Notes under the pieces: generated by a model
The model's database searches: none
Told to the model about the DNA's origin: nothing
What the model saw: the letters and a program-made list of their open reading frames with translations, nothing else
Shown: in pieces, positions 10,517 to 18,869 of the stretch
Position numbering within the stretch: the stretch's first letter is position 1
Layout: every line of letters begins with the position of its first letter
Position numbers and translations under genes: made by a program
Source: a bacterium
GTDB lineage: Bacteria > Patescibacteriota > Minisyncoccia > Phycocordibacterales > JBBTRF01
Assembly (NCBI GenBank): GCA_037130265.1
Contig: JBAXTI010000001.1
Span: forward strand, 235,086-299,085
Reading direction: 5' to 3'
Length of the DNA stretch: 64,000 nucleotides

Positions 10517-11811
10517 AAGGCATGAGTACATTTCAGATCGTCCTCACTGGCTTGTTTGCCGGAGCGACCCTCGTGGCGTTGGTCGTGTTTGCGACCTTCA
10601 AGGGTTCGGCGAGCAAAGATTTTCCAGCGATCGTGTTGTGGGGTACGCTGCCAGCTGCTGAGTTCTCTCAGGCAGTGTCTGCGGTGAATCAAACCTTACC
10701 GAAACGCTTGTCTGTCACCTATGTCGAGAAGAGGGAAAAGGATTTTGATCGCGACCTCACCGAAGCGCTCGCTTCTGGTGCTGGGCCTGATGCTGTTTTG
10801 TTGCCTCACACCAGTCTGTATCGCCAACAGAGTCGCATTCTGCCGATTCCGGAGGCGAGCCTGCCGCTGAGGACTTTTCGAGACACCTTCACCGACCAGG
10901 CTCGCCTCTATGAGACCGCCGGCGGCGTCTGGGCACTGCCATTTGTGAGTGATCCGCTCGTGATGTATTGGAACAAGGATATGTTCAATGCCGCTGGCCT
11001 CGCGAATCCGCCAAAATATTGGGATGAATTTCTCACCCTCGTTCCGCAGCTCACCAAAAAGGATGCGGCAGGCAATCTCACGCAAAGTGCGGTACCGTTT
11101 GGCGAAGTGGTGAATGTTGCCAATGCAAAGGATACCCTCTCGGCATTGCTCTTGCAGGCAGGAACACCGATTGTGCGAGTTGAACAGGATGGTAGAGCTT
11201 CCAGCGCTTTGTCCGATCGGGCTCAAGGTGCATCAGAAACCCCAGCGCCATCGGTGGTGGCTTTTTATACGCAATTCTCCAATCCATCGAAAACGACATT
11301 TACCTGGAATCGTGCGGTGGGCGACGCACAGAATTTCTTTTTGGCCGGCAATCTTGCAACTTATTTTGCTTTTGCAAGTGAAAATCAAGCCTTGTTGCGC
11401 AAGAATCCAAACCTCAATTTCGATATTGCCGCTCTGCCTCAGCCTCGGGATGTGAAGGTGCCGGTGGTATATGCCAAGCTGTATGGGTTTGCTTTAATGA
11501 AGGCAGGGAAGAATCCCGCTGGTACTTTTGAAACGCTCTCTGTGTTGTCGGGGAGTGCATTCGTGGATACGTTTGTGAAATTTGGCAGCGCATCGCCAGT
11601 GCGTCGCGACCTTCTTTCCATTGTGCCTACCGATCCGGCGCAGGTGGTGGCGTATCGAGCGGCGCTCGTCGCCCGCAGCTGGCTCGACCCAGAGCCTGTG
11701 GCGAGCGCCGCCATCTTCAAACGCATGATCGAAACCGTCACCTCAGGCAAGTATCGCCCAAGCGAGGCGGTGGGTGCTGCATCGCAAGAATTGCAGGCTC
11801 TGCTACAATAA
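10513..11811 (+). CDS. Membrane-anchored extracellular solute-binding protein (family 1, sugar-binding fold)
   Basis: ALASGAGPD, ALPF..DPLVMYWNKDMF..AG...PPKYWDE motifs; N-terminal TM. Confidence 0.88.
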   Translation: MKGMSTFQIVLTGLFAGATLVALVVFATFKGSASKDFPAIVLWGTLPAAEFSQAVSAVNQTLPKRLSVTYVEKREKDFDRDLTEALASGAGPDAVLLPHTSLYRQQSRILPIPEASLPLRTFRDTFTDQARLYETAGGVWALPFVSDPLVMYWNKDMFNAAGLANPPKYWDEFLTLVPQLTKKDAAGNLTQSAVPFGEVVNVANAKDTLSALLLQAGTPIVRVEQDGRASSALSDRAQGASETPAPSVVAFYTQFSNPSKTTFTWNRAVGDAQNFFLAGNLATYFAFASENQALLRKNPNLNFDIAALPQPRDVKVPVVYAKLYGFALMKAGKNPAGTFETLSVLSGSAFVDTFVKFGSASPVRRDLLSIVPTDPAQVVAYRAALVARSWLDPEPVASAAIFKRMIETVTSGKYRPSEAVGAASQELQALLQ

Positions 11812-11817
11812 AGACAC

Positions 11818-12315
11818 ATGCAAAATACCCAAACATTTTTTAGAACCAGTTTCGCCTCGCTGACCCTGTCGCTGCTCGTCACGTCCATTCTCCTGTTCGT
11901 TTTTTCCGCGGCCTTCTTACCAGTGACTGCGAACGCGGCAACCAGTGGCAGCTTCTTCGGCCTCCAGAAGCCCAACCTCATCGTCTGCGGGGATTTTGGC
12001 AATTCGGCCAACCCAACAGCCAATCATGAATGTACGTTCGCCGATGTGGTGACATTGGCGAAAAATCTCGTGAACTTTGCTTTCTATCTTTCCATTCCAG
12101 CGGTCATCCTGCTCCTCTCCTACGCTGGCTACCTCTACATGACCTCCGCAGGGGATGAGGGGAAAGTTGGGCAGGCCCACACGATCTTCACCAACGTCGC
12201 GATCGGCTTTTGTATTATTTTGGCGGCGTGGCTCATTGTGACCACTGTGTTGAAGGCCGTGTTGGATCAGACAGCCTACCCGATTTTGAATGGGGACAAG
12301 ATTGAGATAAAATAA
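11818..12315 (+). CDS. TrbC/VirB2-like pilin
   Basis: Signal peptide; YAGYLYMTSAGDEGKVGQAH..F.N..IG between two TMs; Cys pair. Confidence 0.85.
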   Translation: MQNTQTFFRTSFASLTLSLLVTSILLFVFSAAFLPVTANAATSGSFFGLQKPNLIVCGDFGNSANPTANHECTFADVVTLAKNLVNFAFYLSIPAVILLLSYAGYLYMTSAGDEGKVGQAHTIFTNVAIGFCIILAAWLIVTTVLKAVLDQTAYPILNGDKIEIK

Positions 12316-12319
12316 AGAT

Positions 12320-12724
12320 ATGAAACATATTTCGCAGACAACACAACGATATCCAGCTCTAAGACGCATTGCCGCTCACTGCCTCGTCGCGATCGCGCTA
12401 TTTGCTGTGTCGGCGCCGCTGGTGCACGCACAGAGCTACAATTCACCAACGCCATTAGGCTTCTCCAACCCACTGAAAGCCACCTCGATTGAAGCTCTGC
12501 TTGCCGACATTCTCCAGCTAGTGAGCCGTCTCGGTGCAATCATTGCCGTCCTGTATTTCATCTACGGTGGCTTTCTGTATGTCACCGCACAGGGCGACGA
12601 GGACAAGGTGGGGAAGGCTCACGGCACGCTCAAATGGGCCGCGGTGGGTACAGCGGTATTGCTCAGTGCTGAGATCATCGCGCGCATCATCGAGAATACG
12701 GTGAGAAGCGTCAGTAATATATAA
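12320..12724 (+). CDS. TrbC/VirB2-like pilin
   Basis: NPL motif; IYGGFLYVTAQGDEDKVGKAHGTLKWAAVG. Confidence 0.85.
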   Translation: MKHISQTTQRYPALRRIAAHCLVAIALFAVSAPLVHAQSYNSPTPLGFSNPLKATSIEALLADILQLVSRLGAIIAVLYFIYGGFLYVTAQGDEDKVGKAHGTLKWAAVGTAVLLSAEIIARIIENTVRSVSNI

Positions 12725-12729
12725 TCACC

Positions 12730-12996
12730 ATGCTCAACGGCGTCACCGATTTCAAAAGCCTCATCGATGTCTTCTATAACATCATCGGTGGAACACTAGC
12801 GCCACTTCTTTTTGCTACGGCGATCGTCGCCTTTCTCTACGGTGTACAAAAGTACATTTTGGCTGGCGCCAGCGAAGACAAGGTGAAGGAGGGGAGAGAC
12901 ATGATGATTTACGGTATCATTGGCCTAGCCGTGATGTTCTCTGTCTGGGGATTGGTGCGACTGGTGATCAGCACCTTCTTTACAGGACAGTTTTAG
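12730..12996 (+). CDS. TrbC/VirB2-like pilin
   Basis: FLYGVQKYI....EDKVKEGRDMMIYGIIGLAVMFSVWGLV. Confidence 0.85.
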   Translation: MLNGVTDFKSLIDVFYNIIGGTLAPLLFATAIVAFLYGVQKYILAGASEDKVKEGRDMMIYGIIGLAVMFSVWGLVRLVISTFFTGQF

Positions 12997-13113
12997 GCGG
13001 GTTCTGTCCACAACCTCGATTTGTCGCCATTTCTCAGGCTGGTATAATGGAGCGAGGTAATATTTGCCTTTGTATCTATTACTTATTTATCAGGAGTTTA
13101 TTATATTTTGATT

Positions 13114-13500
13114 ATGAAAACGTTTTTGCGCGGAATTTCAGCGGTTGGAGCAGCATTTTTTCCAGTGTTCGTTTTTGCTGCAGATGCAACCGCCCTCAAT
13201 TCTAATAAGGGGATTGGCGGTTTGGCTCGACTGTTCGGACAGATACTAGACTGGGCTGTTCCAACCCTCATTGCCTGTGCGGTGGTGTATTTCCTTTACG
13301 GTGTACTCCTGTATGTAATCATGGGAGATGACGAGGAGAAGAAGGAAAAAGCGAAGAGCACGATACTTTATGGCATTGTCGGCATTTTTGTCATGGTATC
13401 AGTTTTCGGCCTCGTTAAGTTGGTCCAGAACACTTTTACCGGTAGCATTGATTCGAATGCAAGCCTTACTCCTCCTAGCCTGTCTGGCCTAACTCCGTAA
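13114..13500 (+). CDS. TrbC/VirB2-like pilin
   Basis: Signal peptide ending VFA; FLYGVLLYV..GDDEEKKEKAKSTILYGIVGIFVMVSVFGLV. Confidence 0.85.
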   Translation: MKTFLRGISAVGAAFFPVFVFAADATALNSNKGIGGLARLFGQILDWAVPTLIACAVVYFLYGVLLYVIMGDDEEKKEKAKSTILYGIVGIFVMVSVFGLVKLVQNTFTGSIDSNASLTPPSLSGLTP

Positions 13501-13507
13501 AAAAGAC

Positions 13508-13774
13508 GTGGCCGCTGTCTCCAATGCTGGAAATACGTTGATCAATAAGCTTGCCGACGTCATCGTCAATCCGGTGCTCAAGCTCGCCTTCGCGATAGCC
13601 TTCCTAGCCTTCCTCTGGGGGGTCTTCCAGTATGTGAAGGGGGCGGACAATGAGGAGGCACGTGCTCTCGGGGTGAAACACATGACCTGGGGAGTGGTCG
13701 GGTTGGCGATCATGGTGACTGCTAAGGCCATTGTGAATCTCATTGGTGTGACGGTTGGGGTGTCGGTGTTCTAG
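13508..13774 (+). CDS. TrbC/VirB2-like pilin
   Basis: IVNP; FLWGVFQYVKGADNEEARALGVKHMTWGVVGLAIM; start position uncertain. Confidence 0.8.
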   Translation: MAAVSNAGNTLINKLADVIVNPVLKLAFAIAFLAFLWGVFQYVKGADNEEARALGVKHMTWGVVGLAIMVTAKAIVNLIGVTVGVSVF

Positions 13775-13899
13775 TGTGATGCGCCACAAGGCGAATCTCT
13801 CGGGTCGGCAAAAATAAAGGCAAATAAAGGCAAAGAAAAAAGAGCGGGGACCGTGAGGTTCCCGCTCTTCGCGTTTTGTTTTTGCGTTGTTACTTCTGC

Positions 13900-14589
13900 C
13901 TATCGAACGTGTTCGAGGCGGAAGGTGTAGGTCTGGCCATTCACTGCAAAGCTGCCGGTGAATAGGGTGTCGTTGATGAAGTTCCCGATGAACCTCCCTC
14001 GCATGTTTCTTTCGAGGTTCTCCACGATGCCTTCTGGCAAGCGTTGGTTCCACTCGTAGCGACTGTGCGATGTGATCCCTTCGTAGGGCGAGGGGACACT
14101 GAACATGAACCGAGGTTCCTGCCCTCTGACCCTCTCGAGGATTCTCACGTCGTCGGTCTTCCAGACCAATCTCCCAGTAGCGGCTTCCTGTTCGGAATAC
14201 CGCCAGACTTCTGGTGAGGCTGGGGACGGACTAGAGACGATGCTGGCCTGTATCAGTGTCATGCCATTCGACCACTTGTGCTTGTCGACGGCGTAGTAGA
14301 TACCGTAGAGGACACCGGCGATGAGGAGGAGCCAGGCAGCCTTCACTGCGAGCCACTTTATGGCGCGCCAGCAGGTTGCCAGGAAGCCTTTCTCTTTGTC
14401 GGCCGCTTTCTTTGCCGCGGCTTCTGCTTCAGCTTTCGCCTTGGCTTCTGCAGCGGCTTTGGCAGCCGGGTCGGTGGGGAGGGGCTCTGCCGGCTTCTCC
14501 TTCTTTTTTAGCGCCCATTGCCCGATTATTACGGCCAGCACAACCAATGCAATGGCCACGATTCCTACGATCACGATTGTTGTATCCAT
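13900..14589 (-). CDS. Two-TM membrane protein, unknown function
   Basis: Two hydrophobic segments separated by an Ala/Lys linker; starts 12 nt after the upstream SPFH-like gene. Confidence 0.7.
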   Translation of the reverse strand: MDTTIVIVGIVAIALVVLAVIIGQWALKKKEKPAEPLPTDPAAKAAAEAKAKAEAEAAAKKAADKEKGFLATCWRAIKWLAVKAAWLLLIAGVLYGIYYAVDKHKWSNGMTLIQASIVSSPSPASPEVWRYSEQEAATGRLVWKTDDVRILERVRGQEPRFMFSVPSPYEGITSHSRYEWNQRLPEGIVENLERNMRGRFIGNFINDTLFTGSFAVNGQTYTFRLEHVR

Positions 14590-14601
14590 AGGTGTTGTCT
14601 T

Positions 14602-16056
14602 TCAGGGTGTTGCTTGTGTGGTGTTTGGACTCGGTGCTGGAGGCCGTGCACTGTGAGAGGCTTGAGCGGTGAGGGTGAGACGTTTTGACGCGTCTTCTCC
14701 CAGGACCAGTGTTCCTCCCATTGTGCCGACTGATCTTGCGAACAGACCAGGAACGGCACCTGGGTTGTTGCTGTAGTGTTCAAGCTCGGCCTTAAGCCTT
14801 GCGTTGTCCGCCACGGCTTGTAATCTGGTAGCCTCAGCCTTCGCTGCTGCTTCCTTAATCACGCCTTTACCTTGAGCTTCTTTAACAGTCTCGGCCATCA
14901 TGGCGGTAGTCAGCTCCTGTCTTTGTGCCTCGAGTTTGTCATCGAGCTCAACGCTGAGGAATCGAATCTCGATCACCTTCACTCCGAGGATTTCGGTGAT
15001 GGACGGGTTACAGCCATCGCGCTCGTTGATGACGTTCATCACGCCTTCGACAATTTCCTGTCGCGCCTTCTTACAGGTTGCAACAGTTAGTTCCGTCGGT
15101 GCTGCTGATGTTTCGGGTGTGGTTACAACTCCGTCCTTCAGCAGATCGAAGTATCTGTGCTGAGCTACTCTCTCGCGAAGCTTGTCTTCGATTGCGCCAG
15201 TCGCTCGCTCCAGCCAGCTATTGCTGCCGGTCCGAAACTGCATGAGATAGATGTTGGTCGCCTCAAAGGTTACCAGTAGCTCTATCTTCACCGGGATGAC
15301 CTGGTTCTCCTTGCCAGCTGTTTCGAGTTCTTTAAACATCATGCCGACCGTGCTCTTATAGAAGATTGACCGAGCCTCGTCGCTTTTTGGGGTAAGGTGG
15401 TAGTCAATGCTTCCGGCCTTGCTGTCCGAGTTCTTCACAAACTTGTTGTAGGCTAATGGCCATGTCCTCAGCTGGAAGAACGGATAGATCCCGATCCATT
15501 GCATGTTGAACAGTGACATAAGGACCATGTCTCGCCAGTGGAGTAGTGACCACAGGCTTCTCTTCGAAGTCTCGTAGTCTTTCTCGTCTTCTTTTCGAAG
15601 AGCAACTTGCTCTGCAGTTGCTGTGGCGGGTAAGGGGTCAATTGGAATTTTCCGAACCTCCCCGATGCGATGACCTTCTTGCACGACATACATGTCTCTC
15701 ACGCCGGATATAAACCGATGAGGAAGATCACCCTTCATGATCGTGAAGAAGCCGTTCTCCTCTGCGAACATGAAGAATCGGTCACGTTTCGCTGCACCGT
15801 AGATGGCGAAGACGATCGTGGTAAGGCAAGCGATACATGCAATCACGACGAGTGTCCACACGACCGGATTCCAGTCGGGGAGCGTCCAATGAGGCAGCCA
15901 AGACATCAGATCGATGTCCTGCATACGGAATGATGTGGTGTTGGTCACGCTTGGCTTGGGTGCCTCTTTCGAGCCGCCGAAGCTTCGTATGACCACGATG
16001 ATGGCGAAGCTCAGCCCTGATAGGAGGGTGAGTGCGCCGATGATTTGGTGTTTCAT
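14602..16056 (-). CDS. Divergent SPFH/band-7 family membrane protein
   Basis: N-terminal TMs; SPFH-like core ending LGVKVIEIRFLSVEL; AxAEA-type coiled coil (KEAQGKGVIKEAAAKAEA). Confidence 0.65.
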   Translation of the reverse strand: MKHQIIGALTLLSGLSFAIIVVIRSFGGSKEAPKPSVTNTTSFRMQDIDLMSWLPHWTLPDWNPVVWTLVVIACIACLTTIVFAIYGAAKRDRFFMFAEENGFFTIMKGDLPHRFISGVRDMYVVQEGHRIGEVRKIPIDPLPATATAEQVALRKEDEKDYETSKRSLWSLLHWRDMVLMSLFNMQWIGIYPFFQLRTWPLAYNKFVKNSDSKAGSIDYHLTPKSDEARSIFYKSTVGMMFKELETAGKENQVIPVKIELLVTFEATNIYLMQFRTGSNSWLERATGAIEDKLRERVAQHRYFDLLKDGVVTTPETSAAPTELTVATCKKARQEIVEGVMNVINERDGCNPSITEILGVKVIEIRFLSVELDDKLEAQRQELTTAMMAETVKEAQGKGVIKEAAAKAEATRLQAVADNARLKAELEHYSNNPGAVPGLFARSVGTMGGTLVLGEDASKRLTLTAQASHSARPPAPSPNTTQATP

Positions 16057-16309
16057 AATACTTATTTGGTTGTCAGGGAAGCGGTTTGGCCGCTTCGGGC
16101 TATGGTTGAGGCGCTTGTTTTTGGTTGTTCAGCGCCGGTGGTACTGGTGTGAATGATAGCATAGAAAGATGTAAAAGTCAAGGGGTGGGAGCGGGGTGGC
16201 TGTTGTGTCGGAAATGGCCTATTGAAGGCACGGTTTTGGCGTGATGGAGGCAAAAGAAAACGCCCTCGGGTGGAGGGCGTTTGGGTATGGCCGATGCGGC
16301 TCGACGTGG

Positions 16310-16690
16310 CTAGCCTTTGATTGCCTCCACCAAGTGGGCTGTAGCGAAGGGTTTTTGGAGGAAGATGAGCTTCCTGGGGGACACCTTGGTCTGGGTGTCT
16401 TGAACCCTTTTCGGGTCTGCTCCGCCGCTCATCAAAATGAGCCTTGCGTCGGGGAACAGTTGTGCCGCCAACTGGAGGACGAAATCCCCGGTCCCGTTGA
16501 CGAGGTGGTAGTCGCTGATCACGACGTCCGGCCAGGTGCTTTTGTCGCCGCCTGCGATCGCCTGCATGGTGGTAGCGATTTCGAGTGCATCGGAGATCAC
16601 TACCACTTTTGCGTCAGAGATGAATCGGGGTAGTATCGACAACAACATTCGCCCGACTTCCGCGTTGTCTTCCGCAATTAGGATGAACAT
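16310..16690 (-). CDS. Stand-alone response regulator receiver domain
   Basis: ILIAEDN, PDVVISDY (phospho-Asp), ILMSG and FLQKPF motifs. Confidence 0.85.
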   Translation of the reverse strand: MFILIAEDNAEVGRMLLSILPRFISDAKVVVISDALEIATTMQAIAGGDKSTWPDVVISDYHLVNGTGDFVLQLAAQLFPDARLILMSGGADPKRVQDTQTKVSPRKLIFLQKPFATAHLVEAIKG

Positions 16691-16766
16691 GGTTTTAAAG
16701 ACCGAATACCGAGTTGTGGTTGAGAACAGACCATACCATAGCACCAATTACACTCTTCGTCAAGTA

Positions 16767-16924
16767 GTGCGCGGGAGAGGCTTGGTCACGAGTTCTTCTC
16801 GCTCTGCTCGAAGCCTCTCGACCCCGCCTCAGAAAAGCTTCCCCGAAGCTTTTCTTCCGGCTTTCAAGTCCTCTCCGCTTGGGTATGAAAAACAGCCGAC
16901 AGGGAGTCGGCCATTTTTCATACG
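16767..16924 (-). repeat. tRNA-Leu(TAG) trailer with direct and inverted copies of the tRNA 3' end
   Basis: GTGCGCGGGAGAGG at 16767-16780 equals 16925-16938; TTCAAGTCCTCTCC at 16863-16876 is an inverted T-arm copy. Confidence 0.75.
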
Positions 16925-16925
16925 G

Positions 16926-17006
16926 TGCGCGGGAGAGGACTTGAACCTCCATGCCTTGCGGCACTTGCTCCTAAGGCAAGCGTGTCTGCCATTTCACCAC
17001 CCGCGC
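16926..17006 (-). tRNA. tRNA-Leu(TAG)
   Basis: Cloverleaf with anticodon arm CTTGC-CTTAGGA-GCAAG, variable arm and GTTCAAGT T-loop; CCA not encoded. Confidence 0.95.
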
Positions 17007-17062
17007 ATAGGGGTATCGTAACATATTCGAGGAACATCGGCTTCGCCGATTGTGCAATGCTT

Positions 17063-17340
17063 GTGCACCCAGTAAGGCGGGTTGCGAAACGCAACACCGG
17101 GCCGCCTTGTCTGGTAAGGTGCGGCCCACCGGCCGCTCTATTTCTGTGCACCAATCTCCTCACTTTGCTTCGCTGCGTTCGTCGCTTGGTGCACCCAGTA
17201 GGATTCTCGGCTACCGCCGCGGGTGCTTTTCCATCTCATTTCGCTCCGCTCATTCGATAAGGAAAAGCCTTTCGAATCCTACCCGCAGGCACGCAGGTGC
17301 CTGCTTGGGTGCACTATTCGCTTCACTCCGTTTCGCTCTG
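17063..17340 (-). repeat. tRNA-Lys(CTT) trailer with multiple direct and inverted copies of the tRNA 3' end
   Basis: Direct copies at 17063-17074 and 17187-17206; inverted pieces at 17146-17153, 17271-17282 and 17306-17314. Confidence 0.8.
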
Positions 17341-17413
17341 TGCACCCAGTAGGATTCGAACCTACGACCTACCGCTTAAGAGGCGGATGCTCTACCAACT
17401 GAGCTATAGGTGC
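17341..17413 (-). tRNA. tRNA-Lys(CTT)
   Basis: GCACCTATAGCTCAGTTGGTAGAGC..., anticodon loop CTCTTAA, GGTTCGAATCC; CCA not encoded. Confidence 0.95.
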
Positions 17414-17518
17414 ATGTCGGGAAAATATAACAGATTTCTGGCTTATTCGCAAGAAAAAAGAACCACCGTCGCTGTGAGCGCCGGTGGTGGTGGGGATACT
17501 CGCTATCGACGTGACGTT

Positions 17519-18130
17519 CTACATAGAGCACCTGTTTATTTCCTGGAAGTGAACGAGGCACTTAAAGGCGTCCCTTGAGAATGCGCATATGGATAGTCGA
17601 AAATCAATCGTGCCATCCGGATTGGTGGTTTGATGGCACGTGTAGGAGAGGTGCCGTGCGTTCACTCCCAACACGAAACAGTGCTGGCTCAGTCCGTCGA
17701 TAATCGTATTCATTTGTGATCGGACTTGCTTGGGAACCGATTCAAACGCGATGTGGTCCGAGCTGATACGGGACTTTTTTGGAGCGACGAAGTATTCGAG
17801 CGCGTCCACAACTCTGTCTGAAAGGAACAGCCGATATCCTTCCGTCCAATTGTCGCTAAACGTTTTTGCGACATTGCGTGCGAGACAGAGGGCGGCGTAA
17901 AACTCTGGACAGAGAAGTGGCGTCCAGGGATTCAGCCGCAATGAAGCGTAGGTGGCGGCGATATCCGTCTGCAGCAACAGGCAAGCAGAGAGTAGCGATG
18001 TAGAGAAGGCGAGGAAGTGCGGTCGGACCACTTTCCATTCCTTTTTCCAACCCTCCATTTCTGCAAGGAAGCTGTCGTGAGTGCGTTGTTCGAGCAATGA
18101 AACAAACAGGCTGAGTAATGTTGGGTGCAT
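17519..18130 (-). CDS. Hypothetical protein between tRNA genes
   Basis: About 200-aa ORF filling the gap downstream of tRNA-Leu(TAA); no recognised motif; start uncertain. Confidence 0.5.
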   Translation of the reverse strand: MHPTLLSLFVSLLEQRTHDSFLAEMEGWKKEWKVVRPHFLAFSTSLLSACLLLQTDIAATYASLRLNPWTPLLCPEFYAALCLARNVAKTFSDNWTEGYRLFLSDRVVDALEYFVAPKKSRISSDHIAFESVPKQVRSQMNTIIDGLSQHCFVLGVNARHLSYTCHQTTNPDGTIDFRLSICAFSRDAFKCLVHFQEINRCSM

Positions 18131-18247
18131 GGTGTGTGGCAACAATGAGCCGTGTCCCCTGTGCCCTCCGAAGGATAGCGAAAATCAGGGTCTGAGCGCA
18201 TTGTATCCTCAGAGTCAGGGGTGGTCAAAGGAAAACTGTATTTTTTG

Positions 18248-18330
18248 TGCCCGGGGTGGGAATCGAACCCACATTCCTTTTGAGAACACCATTTTAAGTG
18301 GTGCGCGGCTACCAATTACGCCACCCGGGC
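18248..18330 (-). tRNA. tRNA-Leu(TAA)
   Basis: Anticodon arm CACCA-CTTAAAA-TGGTG, variable arm, GGTTCGATTCC. Confidence 0.95.
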
Positions 18331-18370
18331 AGGTATTATTTCACTTACTTAATTCTAACAGAGAAATTTG

Positions 18371-18447
18371 TGGAGGCGTAGGCCGGGATCGAACCGGCGC
18401 ATAGCAGTTTTGCAGACTGCCGCGTTGACCAACTTCGCCACTACGCC
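18371..18447 (-). tRNA. tRNA-Cys(GCA)
   Basis: Anticodon loop CTGCAAA, U discriminator, encoded CCA. Confidence 0.95.
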
Positions 18448-18514
18448 ATTGTGCCGCGGGACGCTGCGCCATGTAGGACGGCCGTTCCAGTCTAGCACGA
18501 CGGCTTTTGACGCG

Positions 18515-18832
18515 CTACCGCATCAACTCATCAATGCGCTGTCGGTGCTTCTCGCCTTTATCCACAGCGAAGTCGAAGAGGGGAACGCGGCCGATGCGGG
18601 ACTTTTCGCGGACGTACGACTGGAAGTCGCCACGCTTGCGGACGAGGAATTCTACGACAGCATGCTCCTTGTCGACAGGTAATACAGTGAAATACACGGT
18701 GGCACGACGGCCCTGATCGCCCATCTCCACGTCGGTGACGGTGACCATCGAAGAACCGTTTGATTCGCGCTGCAAAAAGTCGCCTGCTAAGGCTTTCACA
18801 ATCTCGCGTGCTTTTTCGTCTTTTCGGTGCAT
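18515..18832 (-). CDS. rbfA: Ribosome-binding factor A
   Basis: VTVTDVE...ATVYFTV...RVP..F..D pattern; directly downstream of infB. Confidence 0.9.
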   Translation of the reverse strand: MHRKDEKAREIVKALAGDFLQRESNGSSMVTVTDVEMGDQGRRATVYFTVLPVDKEHAVVEFLVRKRGDFQSYVREKSRIGRVPLFDFAVDKGEKHRQRIDELMR

Positions 18833-18869
18833 GGGGTGGGGAGCGGCCGCTGAAAGACGGCCGCGGGAA

